A DNA stretch of 63,871 bases, counting the filler, from Octopus bimaculoides (lineage: Eukaryota), in the NCBI RefSeq assembly GCF_001194135.2. It is 8 parts of 7 records of this genome, joined end to end, with 100 filler letters (N's around TTAATTAATTAA, not from the genome) between each part and the next. Parts side by side here need not be neighbours in the genome. Positions count along the whole stretch, not along the records: positions 1 to 25,735 come from NC_069002.1; 7 more parts are not named here. The stretch is one strand, 5' to 3'. The notes below the pieces were generated by a model, which had not been told where the DNA came from, searched no databases, and saw nothing but the letters and a program-made list of their open reading frames with translations. The translations under genes were made by a program, and so were the position numbers. This document shows, piece after piece, positions 1-12,816 of the stretch (position 1 is its first letter; each line of letters begins with the position of its first letter).

Positions 1-165
1 CACTACACTCTCTGAGTGGTTGGCGTTAGGAAGGGCATCCAGCTGTAGAAACTCTGCCAAATCAGATTGGAGCCTGGTGTTGCCATCCGGTTTCACCAGT
101 CGTCAGTCAAATCGTCCAACCCATGCTAGCATGGAAAGCGGACGTTAAACGATGATGATGATGAT
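1..165 (+). mobile_element. 3' tail of an RTE-related LINE/SINE ending in (GAT)n
   Basis: GGTTGGCGTTAGGAAGGGCATCCAGCTGTAGAAAC...GGAAAGCGGACGTTAAACGATGATGATG; the same sequence recurs inverted at 7500-7690 and 22626-23142. Confidence 0.75.
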
Positions 166-179
166 GATATATATATATA

Positions 180-215
<36 letters not shown>

Positions 216-319
216 CATATATATACATATATATACATACATATATATAGATATATATATACACACACACACACACACATATATATACATACATATACAT
301 AGATACATATACATACACA

Positions 320-535
320 CACACATGTGTGTCTGTGTCTGCGTTTGACCCCCCCCCCCATCACTTGACAGCTGATGTTGGTGTCTTTATGTCGCCATAA
401 TTTGGCAAAAGAGACGGATAGAATAACTGCTAGGCTTAGAAAGGATAAGTCCTGGGGTTGATTTGTTCCACTAAAGGCGGTGCTCCAGCATGGCCGCAGT
501 CAAATGACTGAAACAAGTAAAAGAATAAAAGAACT
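320..535 (+). mobile_element. 3' half of a tRNA-derived SINE
   Basis: Ends CGGTGCTCCAGCATGGCCGCAGTCAAATGACTGAAACAAGTAAAAGAATAAAAGA; similar copy at 57940-58135, tail fragments near 9360 and inverted near 47925. Confidence 0.7.
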
Positions 536-877
536 TACATTCATACACACACGTTACGTACACACACATATATGTACACACATACATCCATATATATATA
601 TATATATACATAATATATATGCATATATATACACACACACACACTGCACCTATCAGTGTGCATGCATGCATTCATAATATACACACTCCCTCGCAGCTCA
701 CATATATCTATGAGTTACAATGACTTGTGAAGTGAGTGGTGACATTGTGTTGGTGTTTGGAAGGGAGGCAGGTGTTTGTGCTGGGGTAGATTCAGTGAGT
801 GTGTCTGTGTGTGCTAATTGCTTATCTTCTTTTTCTTCTTCTTCACCTTTCCTCTTATCTCTCCCACTCTTTGTTCC

Positions 878-888
878 TCTCTCTCCCT

Positions 889-938
<50 letters not shown>

Positions 939-1037
939 TGAGGATTTGTTTCAGTGTTGAATGGAGGGAGTGTTATCACTGAGTTTCAAGTATTTATATC
1001 TTTATTTCATTGTAACCAACAGCAAAAGACTAGAGAA

Positions 1038-1077
<40 letters not shown>
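878..1077. repeat. (CT)n tract followed by a (GA)n tract in inverted arrangement
   Basis: CT-rich tract 878-935 and GA tract 1041-1077 seen directly. Confidence 0.9.
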
Positions 1078-1081
<4 letters not shown>

Positions 1082-1231
1082 CGTGTGAGACAGTGTGGTG
1101 AGAGTGGATAAGGAAGAAAATTGAGAAAGAGGGGGGGAGAGAAGGAGGGGCGGGAGAGAAGGTGGGGCAGGAGTGATAGTGAAAGAGAGGAGAGAGAGCA
1201 AGAGCTGCAGGAAATCGAGAGGACGAAAGAG
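1024..1231 (+). other. possible non-coding exon of the host gene
   Basis: Strong donor AAGAG|GTAAGT at 1232; candidate acceptor CAACAG at 1023; no long open frame. Confidence 0.25.
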
Positions 1232-1708
1232 GTAAGTGTACCTGGACAGGACTTTACAAACATTTGTACACACACACACACACACAGACACACACACAAG
1301 TCATTTAGACACAAGTTATAGTTAAACAGTGAGAGTGTAACAAAGAGGTGAGGTGTTTTATAGTATAGAACCTTGTGCAAAGAACAGTGGAATATCACAT
1401 GAAGTATAACAGAAAGTTGGGATTTGCATAGAAGATCCTTGAGACTGGGTGAGTATACCACAGCTGTAATTGTACACTCTCTCCCCAGTTATTGTGGAAT
1501 ATCCAATTGGAGATCTTTTAAGCTTGGTTGACAATATATATATGTGTGTGTGTGTATATATATATATATACACATACCTGTAATTTTACAAGGCTTACTT
1601 CAAGAACCATTGGATATCCGTATGAAGATATCACTACATGAAAATTAACATTATTGTTTAACCAGTAAGTGATGAAACCTCTTCTTAAATGTTTATTATC
1701 TGTTTTAG

Positions 1709-1737
1709 GGACTAATTAATGCCTTTGTTTCTTTACT
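1709..1737 (+). other. possible 29-nt micro-exon
   Basis: TTATTATCTGTTTTAG| acceptor and |GTGAGT donor. Confidence 0.3.
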
Positions 1738-1836
1738 GTGAGTTTCTTTTTCTTTCTGTTGTCAACTCTGATCACAAATACCAACTATTTGCAACCTTTT
1801 TGATCCACAACACATTGAATAATGTGTTCAAGGTAT

Positions 1837-1913
<77 letters not shown>

Positions 1914-2879
1914 CTTACTTTAAAAACTTAAACCACATCTGTTGATCATATGTAGTATACTTGTTGTAGATCATATGTGATTTAAAAAAAAAGTGCTTTG
2001 ATAAAATGATTGTAAACATTATGATCAAAGATGTTTCTAACCCCAATCTTTTCCATCATTCCTCACATATAGCTCAGGCCACTTTGTCCAATATGTAATC
2101 CCTTTCTTTAAAAGTCAGTAGTGTGTTTCATGAGCTGGTGTTGACCCAAGGTCAACCATGAGAGAACATACCTATAAGCAAAGGCACTCCATCCATGATA
2201 ATTTCATTGATTTAGTGATATCTTGGACTGTTAGCCATTGTGTCCTTCCTTTTTCAAGATAGTTGATTTGAGTAAGATTTGTCTGCTATTTCTAGCAGGT
2301 CAAACAACTATGTAGGGGCTTCCTTGTCACCTCATTTGCTGTTTGTTTGTTGTTGTTACCTCAGCCTAGGTCATCCCTGGTTGAGCAAACAATAGGCTTC
2401 ATCCATTGTTTGGTTGTTGTTCTTATTGTTATTGTTCTTATTTAGCCTTGTGTTAGTCCTAATCAAGCAGACCTATAGTAAGAGACATTCCCACCATGAC
2501 CTTCCCATAATTTTTAGGAATAACCTGGATTAACCATATCCAATTTATCCTTTCCTTATTCAAGTTTTGTAAGCTGTTGATTTGTGGGAGATTTTGTTGC
2601 TATTTCTAGTAAGTTTATTATTGTTTAATAAGTTGGTCAGAGGTTGGGATATTTATCTTGTTCGATAGGCAGTAGGGTGTATTTCTGTGATTTTCTTTTG
2701 TTTTTGTTTTTTGGTGGGGGAAGAGTTTGTTCTTACTTTTTGTTTTGCCTATTTATAACTTTGTTTTTCTGTTCATCATCATCATCATTGTCATTTAGTG
2801 TCCACCTTCTATGCTAGCATGGGTGGGATGCCTGTTCATTTGTTTTAATTATTTAGACTCTACTATTAATTTTGATTAA

Positions 2880-4087
2880 AAAAAGAATTAGTTTAATTAA
2901 AGAATACCTTAGCTGTTAGTGGAAAGATTGTATCTGCCTAAACAGTTTGCCGAAGTTTGAACCAATGTGGTCTTCATGGATGCATTCCTTGTAGGAAGCC
3001 TCTCCTCACTACCAGGCATAGATCAAGTCGTCTTTCTTTTGCCGAAACCTCTGTGAGTAAGGGGAAGGGGTTTGAGAATAAAATTCTTTTTTCTGACGAG
3101 ATTAAAATCAACTTGTTTAGATCAGATGGTATTAAACGAGTACGGTGATGACCAGGTGAAGATAATAGTGACAAATACACCATGCCTACTGTGAAACATG
3201 GTGGCGGAAGTGCATGAGTGTGGCTGGTGTGGGAGGAGTCACATTTATTGAGAGAACAATGGATTCGTGGCTTTATTGTGACATATTGCAGAAAACAATT
3301 TTGGAAAGCATCAAGGAACTTGGAAGACATTCCATGTTCCAACATGATAATGATCCTAAACACATTTCAAAGATGACAACTAAGTTTTTATCAGATAAAA
3401 AGATAAAGGTATTACTTTAGCCTACCATGTCACCTGATTTAAAACCAGCAGAACATCTGTGGAGTGTTTTGAAAAGGATGGTTGCGCAGCGTAAAACCTC
3501 GTAATATGGTACAGTTGAAAAACATCATTCAGGATGAATGGAGGTTGATTCCATCGGTTATATGCAGAAATTTAGTTGACTCTCTGCCCAGAAGACTTAA
3601 TGCAGTCATTGAAAGCAAGGACAGTTACACCAAATATTGAATATAGCAAATACCGTAATCCCTCGCCATATCATGGTTCACCTATTGCGGTTTATCATTT
3701 TGATTCCTCCATGGTGTTGTTTTACATTTATAATAATATAAACATGTACAAGTTATCAAAATAATAAAAAAAACTATGCAGTACAATGCTGTTTCTACTT
3801 CATGGATTTTCACTTATCACGGGGTGGGGGTTGGAACAAAACACCTGTGAGAGTTGAGGGATTACTGTAATTTTTTAGAGTGTACATATTTTTGTATTGT
3901 TTGAAAATTAATATTTTGTTCATATCTTTGAAAATGTTTATTGTTTTGTATTCCAAATTTGTATAATATTTGCGTGTATAATATATTTTATTTAGTATAA
4001 ATTTCATTTGATTTCCTTCAATATTATCAGAGTAATGACAATTTTACTGATATTTTTTAGGGGTGTACATACATCTGTGAGATAGTG
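2880..4087 (+). mobile_element. Tc1 (DD34E) transposon remnant, 5'-truncated, with right TIR
   Basis: Broken frames read GLHGCIPCRKPLL, ILFSDE, PTVKHGGGS, FQHDNDPKH...SPDLKPAEHLW (34 residues between D and E), RLNAVIESK..YTKY*; right TIR GGGGTGTACATACATCTGTGAGATAGTG at about 4060-4087. Confidence 0.92.
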
Positions 4088-4097
4088 TGTATGTATG

Positions 4098-4140
<43 letters not shown>

Positions 4141-5511
4141 GGTGTCAATTGGACTTCTGCTCCATGAAGCTTTGGGTGAAATGAAGATCAGTCCCTGTCA
4201 AGGTGGTAAAGTGGACCACTGCTAATGGTGAGGTGAGAGCATTATGGATGGCAGTGATCCCACCGAGATTGGAACTACTGTTCCAATGTAGTGTGAAGCA
4301 CTATATTGATACAGGAGATTGAGAAACCAGCTCAAAGGGTAGAACCAGAGCAGTATAAAGAATTGGAACTTTCTGAAGGAGAAGTCAATGGGGAAAATGT
4401 TTGAGAGATAAAAGAAATGTGGAGTCAGAATTGTAAAACTTTCATCAAAAAGAGACTAAATCCTTCCACGAAGTCAAAGAAAAGCATACACACCATTTGC
4501 AGGAATGTGATAAGAAAAACCTGAACCAGAAAATGGGTAATTTAATGGAAGAAAATGAGAAACTAAAAGAGCAAGTGTTCTCACTGAACAGTGGCATCAG
4601 CAGATTGTCACAAAGTGAATTTCAGCTGATCTGGGAAATCAATGAATGAGAGATGAATATTTTACAAAACAAAAAAATGGATGAGATGCGGCACTACATA
4701 TGTAAAAGCTTGCTGCAGAAAAGAGGGAATATTGTAGCGTACTTGTTGTGCCTGCTCAGGTCATTTCAGGGCTAAACATAAAAGGTTTGGAAGGGATGAA
4801 GCGGGCAGCTACAACGTACAAAACACAACAGCCCTTAATGGAAGTCATGAAAGATATATAAGGAGCTCAACTGACAGGACTCTTCCTATTTCCCCTTTTT
4901 GGCAGTCAGCTCGCCAACTGCCCACAGCTAGGACTGCTAGCTCTCTTTCTTTGCTTCAACGTCCTACATGTGGTGTTGTGATGCCTCTGTCACAGTAGGT
5001 ACTTTCTGACAATATATTCGCTCACTCTGTTTTTTAAACGGTACATGCCAGAATGCCATAACATTGTTATATTTAGTGAGTGTCTATTCTTCATTTACAT
5101 GCCACCCACACCTAATCAGCACATCACTAACCTAACAGTGTAAACACTCATATACTCACTAAAATATCTTCTAACTCTCAAGATTTTGAATTGAAATTAC
5201 AGAGTTTAAGATGGAAATTATTTCACTATGGTGGAAGTAAAGCAGCTTCAATTTACAGAAAATAATTATCAAAAGTTATACATTGTCGGGAGGGGGAGGG
5301 TAGTGTTATGAATAGAAAATTATATTCAGATAATTTCTTATTCATATGACATGAATTAGAACACTGATCTTTGGTTTTGCAAGCAAAGACGAAAAAATAA
5401 TTCTTTGTGGTCAACTGACTGTTGAATGTATAGGCAGTATGATTTTGGCACAGTTTTTACTCTGTGGATGAACTATAAAGGTTACTAGTGAACATGTGGC
5501 AAAGTTAGTTT

Positions 5512-5601
5512 GTGCTGGAAGCCGATGTGAATGGGTGGCAATGAAGTATGTGCTGGAAGCCAATGTGAATGGGTGGCAATGAAGTATGTGCTGGAAGCCA
5601 A
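5512..5601. repeat. 38-bp tandem repeat, about 2.3 copies
   Basis: GTGCTGGAAGCC(A/G)ATGTGAATGGGTGGCAATGAAGTAT starting at 5512, 5550 and 5588. Confidence 0.9.
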
Positions 5602-6744
5602 TGGCATTGAACAAGTGGTTCGAAGTCTGCTGGAAGACAGTGTGTGATGTTGATGTATGATGTGAGGAAAATCGATGCGAGCGGTCTTATGTTGTAGTTT
5701 GGTGCCATGCAGTCGATGTGAGGCTGTTGATGTGGGTGATGGTGCTGGGCAAATTTTTGTGGAACAGTTGACACAGTATTTGGTGCAGAGTGTGAAGTTG
5801 GTTTTGGTGGTTAATGTGAACAGTGGACGGTTGTGAACTTGGCAACATAAAGAAAGCAGAGTATGAAGTTGGTATCAGACTAAAGCAAATTCAAAAGTAA
5901 CAACAGAGTCCAGTCGAAAAAAAAAAAGAAAAAGAAATAAAAAGAGAAAATAAATCATTAGACTGGTGAATAAAAGAAGAACTCACCAAAAGAAGTCTAC
6001 ACATTTCAGAGGTGGATGAAAGAACTCTCTAAAAACTCTTTAAAGAATTGTCTTTTTTTTTTTATAAATGTTTATTGCCCTCTTAATTAAAGTTCTTTTG
6101 TTTTGGTTATACTCAACGGTTTTGTTCATTATTCTCAACTCTCCTGATTCCTTTGACTACTGCTTCTGCTCTAAACAAGTTGGTTTGCTGAGCTGACCCG
6201 TGGTCTTCTGAGCTATCGGACACAGACTGTTGGAGCCTGTTGGGAGGTCACGTGGAGTATAACAATATTTAGTTTTATCCATGAATTACAATTTCCCCAA
6301 TAGCAGCACACATCCCGATCAAATGCCAATTAGGAGAGATGAAGAGCATATGGGGTTAGGGCTTCAGGTTGACCAGGGAGAGAGGATTAGGGTGGCTACA
6401 CAGCAAGGGTTAAATAGTCCACATGTATATGTATACCCAGGTTATACACTTATACTTGTATTTAGCAGTTATACACATGCATACAAGTATATGTTAGGGG
6501 AAGAGTCATCAAACTATCATAATTCATACACGCAGGACATAATGAGTTGCCAAGGAAACAACTCTTGCACGTTTAAATGAAAATCGTGGAACAGTGGTGG
6601 TGGGATTACAAAGAGGATCACTGTTTTTAGGGTTTACGAGAATCGTTTGTTGTCCCTTCATTATTACATGAACTTGAGAAAGATTTAGTAATTTCTAATT
6701 ATCAATACTTTTAGGAGATTATACTAACAAATTTAGTAATCATG

Positions 6745-6870
6745 CATGCACACACAACACGTATGCACATGACACACACACACACAACACGTATGCACAT
6801 GACACACACACACACAACACGTATGCACATGACACACACACACAACACGTATGCACATGACACACACACA
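6745..6870. repeat. minisatellite of about 30 bp, 4 copies, with a variable (CA)n core
   Basis: Repeating CACAACACGTATGCACATGACACACAC. Confidence 0.85.
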
Positions 6871-7499
6871 TACAGTTTTGGTGATGCAAACAAGAAAATA
6901 GAACTGAAAACATGAGTCCATATGCGTCTTTTATCACCATTGTCACCAGTATAGAAATGCATGATTTGAAACCAGTCTGATAAGTGCCAACGCATAAAAC
7001 TCTCCATCACTCTGTAACTTTTGCCAATTATTAATGTGTACACACACACACATGCACATACATGCACACACGTTTGTCCCTATTTCCACCTTTATGTGCC
7101 TCTGATATCATCTCTGGCATTGAGAAGAGTTTTGTATGTTAGCACACGCAAACAAAAGAAGAAACTTTGTTCTTTTATTTGTTCAAGCAGACATTCAAAA
7201 ATTGCCTTTTTAGTGCGTGTGAATATTTATTTTACCGTTTTAATATATATTTATATATATTCATGTATGTGTGTGTGTGTGTATTGCTGTATTGAAGTAT
7301 ACACAAAAACAATTAGACCTCAATATATCAAAAAGAGGATAGTTTAAATAAAATATCAGGATATACGATGTCATAAAATGAAACTCTGAATTTCAAATAA
7401 CCCACAATGGTGGATTATCATCTTCAACCAATGTCTATAACAAAATTATATTTTATTCAAAATATGTAGAAGAATATATTTTACAAAAGAAAAAGAAAA

Positions 7500-7690
7500 C
7501 ATCATCATCATCGTTTAACGTCTGCTTTCCATGCTGACATGGATTGGACGATTTGACTGAGGACTGGCAAGCCAGAAGGCTGCACTGGGCTCCAATCTGA
7601 TCTGGCAGAGTTTCTACAGCTGGATGCCCTTCCTAATGCCAACCACTCCGAGAGTGTAGTGGGTGCTTTTACGTGCCACTGGCACGAGGG
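7500..7690 (-). mobile_element. RTE-related 3' tail
   Basis: Reverse complement of the 1-165 element. Confidence 0.75.
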
Positions 7691-7699
7691 CCAGTCACA

Positions 7700-7930
7700 A
7701 AGTAATGGCAGGTTTTCATCAAGACAATTGCAAATTCTTTTCAACCAGCTCTCATGTTCTGACGTCCCCTTCGTCATCTCTCAGCTTCTCTCTACTGTCC
7801 TTGAACCTCTTATGCCAGTGAAAAAGTTAATCCATAAGCAATCTGCTGCATTTCATAAGTTTCTGTAGTATTTTTGCCCAGTTTAACACAAAACTTTATT
7901 GCAAAGCAAGCTTCCAAACATCCTAACTAC
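7700..7930 (-). mobile_element. mariner transposase N-terminal fragment
   Basis: Minus strand reads FAIKFCVKLGKNTTETYEMQQIAYG and, after a frameshift, FHWHKRFKDSREKLRDDE. Confidence 0.8.
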
Positions 7931-8613
7931 ATTCTGCAAACTAGTCACCTGTGACAAGCAGTGTTTAGTAGGATGTATTCAAAGCTGTTTGCTTCAATCT
8001 GGAATGGCAGAAGTTGGCGGGTCAGCTTATAAGGATATACTAAAATTATAATAATGTAGGACTATTATAACTGTCCCTCCTAAAAAAAAACACCTCAAAG
8101 CTTCTGGAAAGCACCATGTATGTCTGGGTTTTCCTATTTCAATAGATGGAGTAAATATACTTTAAGAACCATAAAACATTTATGAAGAAGACAACTATAA
8201 AATCTTTTTGCTGATTTTAGAAACTCATAACAAACCAGTAATTTATTACAATGCCTGAAAACAAAAAAAATCATTTTTCCGATTCTTTTTTTCTAATCCT
8301 TCTTCTTCCTTGACCAGTTAATTCTCAACAGTGGTTTGTTTTTGTTTCTAATATGTAAAAGTGATTTTGTGAGCAATTTTGTGTAAGTACAAATTCTAGG
8401 TAATTCAAGATACTCAGCAAATGACTTTTATACATAATTCTGATGTGCCTGACTCATCACATACCATTTCCACAATTCAAAGGACACCTTGATAACAGTC
8501 AACAACTGCATATATATCATTGCATAACAGCTAGATTGATAAAATCAAATTCAGATGATGCAATTGTAAATTGACATATTAAAAGGACTGGCTTCCACTA
8601 TTCTTTTTGTTTG

Positions 8614-8661
<48 letters not shown>

Positions 8662-9510
8662 NNNNNNNNNNATATATAAACTGTGTATCACTCTTTATTG
8701 CAGGTCAAATTTTTGTTGATATTTTGAATATAGTGCCAGTGAAATGTAAAAAAAAAACAAAGTATTCAGTCAAAACTATGGAGTTGATGGTGTTAGGACA
8801 TCCAGCCATAGAAACTTAGTCTTTAGACCAATAGTATCACATCTAACCTTCCAGTCCATGCAGCCATGAAACATTGGACATTATTAAGGAATAAATCTAC
8901 TTATATACACACTTGACTGTGTCTCAGTCTACATTTGCTCTATAAAAACATATTCTACCATTTTGGAATCAGGATGATCCCAGAATTGAAAATCTGCCCT
9001 TCATTTGGTTCTTGAACATCCAGCATTGGGATCTGATTGAAAAGCATTTGGGTTGCTATTTCTAGCAGGTAAAGCTTGGCTGATTCATGCCATCTTGCTT
9101 GGCATTTGTCAGATGACATCAGAAATGAAAGGGGGAAATAAATGACATTCACTTCATTAATTTTATGTTGAGATAAGAACACTGGGACAAATTGGTGAAC
9201 AGTTGGAATTCAACTTGGGACTGGAACAATAGAATAATTGCATTACAGAATGAATTCTCATCTGTCCTTAACCACTGGGGTATATAGTCATTATAGACAT
9301 ATTGTAGTCATGCTATTTAGCTCTCTTTAGGTTTGGAGTGCAAGCCCCAATTTGCCGAAATGACTGAAACAAGTAAAAGAATAAAAGAGTAAAGGAATAT
9401 TTACGCCTACTTCTAGATTCATTATGATGCTTGTTTATGATTTTAAATAGTCTGATATATTGTAATTAGAGATTAATACAGAGAATAGTTCATAATTCCA
9501 AAGTATAACA

Positions 9511-10272
9511 AACTAGAAAAGCACTCGGAGAGTGCAGACCTCTGCTAAACAGCTCATTTCCACCCATATACACGCATGGTGGAAATCGCCCAATTTCCCA
9601 AACCAATGCTACCAAAAAACATAACCTCCTTGGAGGGGGTAAAAAAAAAATAACACAGCCAAATGATTTTAAGAAAAAAAGCCCTTTTGAAAACAGGAAT
9701 CATCTGAAGCAGTTCACAATCACCAGCACCATCAGCAGCATTGTTATTGCTTCCACTTCCACCACACACACCGCCATCAGTGACGGTTACCTTGACAGTC
9801 ACTTTCACCACCACAACCAATATAACCACTGCAATACCACCATCACACAACTAACACTATCATCAACACCATTACACATCACACTGCTCCTGTTGCCATT
9901 ATAACCACCGATACTATTTTATCCTCCTCCTCCCATACTTATCTTGACCATCGTCATCATCATCACTGTCTCTAAACAGCAACGCCACCATAGGTTACAT
10001 GGAAACGATGCGTTTTCAAGGGAGATAATCAAAGAACGTAACATTGTAATACTTCATGTAAAGTAAATATAACAAATGAAAAATCCTTCAAAATCCATAA
10101 AAATTCTCGGATCACTTCCAAAATTTCATCATCTGTTCCTTGTGCCATTACCAACATATCCTGTAAATTTCATCAAATACCGTTCACAATCTTTTAAGTT
10201 ATTTTGCACACAGACGGACAGACAGACAAACCAACGCCAATGTAAACATGACTTCGTCCTTGGTGGAGGTAA
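9511..10272 (+). mobile_element. non-autonomous Helentron/HINE-like element with two 3' ends
   Basis: 5' subterminal ACCTCTGCTAA is complementary to 3' TTGGTGGAGGT; 3' motifs AACATAACCTCCTTGGAGGGGGTAA (9619-9642) and AACATG...CCTTGGTGGAGGTAA (to 10272); internal (GACA)n. Confidence 0.6.
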
Positions 10273-10520
10273 CCTTATCTTATTGACAAGTAGCAATCAG
10301 GCATTCATGTTAACACCCATGATAAAAACAGAAGATAAAATAACTTGATAGGGTATTAATGCGAGTCAATAGCAGACAATACCATGCAGCATAGGATATC
10401 AAATTTCAAATGAATAGTTTTAATACTGAGAATACTTTAGAAAAACATAATATTGCTTAGTTACGATTAACAGTTGAGTCATGATCAGCTAAATAAGGAT
10501 AATTTTGAATAATTGATTAA

Positions 10521-10714
10521 CTCTTTAGCATTGGAACTAGTCATAGCTAGCCCAGATATTCCACCTGTTTTATGTTCAGACTAGACAGAGCTGGCTTCCC
10601 ACTTGTTCCGTACAATGACATTCTAAAAATAAACAATTACATCATGAATATCTTGAAGCTAAAAGATAATGGATGATAAAATTAAAACTATGAAGTAATC
10701 TGAATGCTAAAGGG
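10521..10714. mobile_element. piggyBac-type MITE
   Basis: TTAA|CTCTTTAGCATT ... AATGCTAAAGGG|TTAA: 12-bp TIR with one mismatch and TTAA target duplication. Confidence 0.85.
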
Positions 10715-10861
10715 TTAAGTTAGAACAATTGGTTGAACTCTAATTTCTGTGATAGCCTATCTGAATGTAACAATGAACTACAATAATCGAGAACCATTGC
10801 ATGTAAACTGTATTTAAAATTAAAAATGCTATTTATGATATTATTTTCAAACTGATTTTAG

Positions 10862-10879
10862 ATAAAGTCAGATACATCA
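10862..10879 (+). other. possible 18-nt micro-exon
   Basis: TATTTTCAAACTGATTTTAG| acceptor and |GTAAGT donor. Confidence 0.3.
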
Positions 10880-11629
10880 GTAAGTATATGTACCTATCAT
10901 AGTACTGAACATTTCTAGTAGAAGCTGATTTGAAGTGTAAGTGTTAAAATACATCGGAATAACCAATAAAATTACTAACAAGCAAAAGTTGAATAAAACT
11001 GACACTAGGAAGTTATTACTTCTAAACTGTAATTTTTTCATACTGTATCATTGATGTGATTAATATCTGTAAGCAGAACTAGGAAAAGCGATTAGCACAT
11101 GCATAAGTTTACATTTATATAGTTTCAATTATAATTAATATAAATCATGTGGATCCGATCCTATACCATCATATTCATTATGTTCCCTGCTTTAAAGATG
11201 TTCACATAAGCTTAACTACATGTAATGTTTTCACATAGACACAGTAGTATTTTGTACCCAGCAACAACAACAGCTATATGTGTGATTAGATATCTCTTGT
11301 CAATAGTAGAAATCAGTTGGAAGTTATGTGGCAACAGTGGGGTTGCTAGAGGATAGTTTGTAATCTGTCTGTGAACAATGAGACAAATCACTACCTTCCA
11401 TTCTGGAATGTATTTCCATTATCTTCAAACCTGATATCATAGCAATAAAGTCCATTCTCAGACAAGCAGCTCTCTCTCTCTCTCTCTTTATTTCTTTCTC
11501 TCTTTATCTTTCTCCCTCTCTCTTTATCTCTCTCTCTTCTCTTTCTTCTTCCCCCCTCCCTATTTCATTCACCCTCTACTAGCTATCCATTCCTGCATTT
11601 TTTGCTCTTTCTATCTTTGCTTTTATCTT

Positions 11630-11800
11630 TATATATGAAACTGAGAATGTGTGTCTCTCTCTCTGTCTGTCTGCCCGTCTGTCTCTTTGTCTGTCTGTAT
11701 GCATGCATCACTAAAACTCAAGAACTATCCAGCCAATTTCATTCAAATTTTGCACATGCCTTACTTACGGTCCATGCAGTGTCAGGGGTCAAAGAAAGTT
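11630..11800. mobile_element. HINE/Helentron-like internal fragment
   Basis: (GTCT)n followed by ACTAAAACTCAAGAACTATCCAGCCAATTTCATTCAAATTTTGCACA, reminiscent of the body of 9511-10272 in the opposite orientation. Confidence 0.4.
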
Positions 11801-11955
11801 TCAACTTCTTGCCTCATGCAAGCCTGGAGCAATCTCCTATCTCTTACACTATTTCAGTATTACATCTCAAAAGTGAAACAATAACATCTCTATTGTCATG
11901 TGAGATAATACTTTCAGTTTTAATAAGGAAACTATTAATACTTTCACTATGTATG

Positions 11956-11991
<36 letters not shown>

Positions 11992-12170
11992 TCATTTCTA
12001 TTACTTCCACTATGATATATTTATGTATGTATATGTATGTATGTAAATGTATGCATGTATATGTATGTATATGTATGCACATATATGTAACTATGTCTAT
12101 GTATGTACACACATATAAGTATGTATATATTTATATATGTATATTTATGTGTATATATATATATATATAT

Positions 12171-12365
12171 ATGGGAGAATATACAAATAATAACAACAGA
12201 CGAGGACAGGTGGTGTAAATAACAAAAGTATATATTAGTATGACGCTCGGGAATACGGAAAGTCTTTGACGTTTCGAGCTACGCTCTTCAACAGAAAGAA
12301 TACGGAGACAAGGAGAAAAACACGGAGAAAAAAAATTGAATAGTGTTCAGTCAACGGTCAAGGGT
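12171..12365 (-). mobile_element. short (about 190 bp) Penelope-LTR-like element between TA-rich microsatellites, family 2
   Basis: Alignable by eye with 18048-18240; carries a hammerhead-like motif. Confidence 0.6.
12263..12299 (-). ncRNA. minimal type I hammerhead-like motif, variant core (CUGU at positions 3-6)
   Basis: UCUUU-CUGUUGA-A-GAGC(GUA)GCUC-GAAACGU-C-AAAGA: stem I 5 bp, stem II 4 bp, palindromic ACGU stem III, GUC triplet. Confidence 0.6.
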
Positions 12366-12816
12366 ATATATATATGTGTGTGTATATGGTATATATATAT
12401 ATATATANNNNNNNNNNNNNNNNNNNNNNNNNNNNNNNNNNNNNNNNNNNNNNNNNNNNNNNNNNNNNNNNNNNNNNNNNNNNNNNNNNNNNNNNNNNNN
12501 NNNNNNNNNNNNNNNNNNNNNNNNNNNNNNNNNNNNNNNNNNNNNNNNNNNNNNNNNNNNNNNNNNNNNNNNNNNNNNNNNNNNNNNNNNNNNNNNNNNN
12601 NNNNNNNNNNNNNNNNNNNNNNNNNNNNNNNNNNNNNNNNNNNNNNNNNNNNNNNNNNNNNNNNNNNNNNNNNNNNNNNNNNNNNNNNNNNNNNNNNNNN
12701 NNNNNNNNNNNNNNNNNNNNNNNNNNNNNNNNNNNNNNNNNNNNNNNNNNNNNNNNNNNNNNNNNNNNNNNNNNNNNNNNNNNNNNNNNNNNNNNNNNNN
12801 ATATGTGTGTGTGCAG

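Noticed and set aside
4140-4900. Possible decayed coiled-coil/zinc-knuckle ORF1 (TCCACSGHFRAKH)
   Set aside because: Many stops and an incomplete knuckle; cannot be assigned without a search
5512-6870. Tandem repeats as CRISPR-like arrays
   Set aside because: No unique spacers, no cas genes, eukaryotic context
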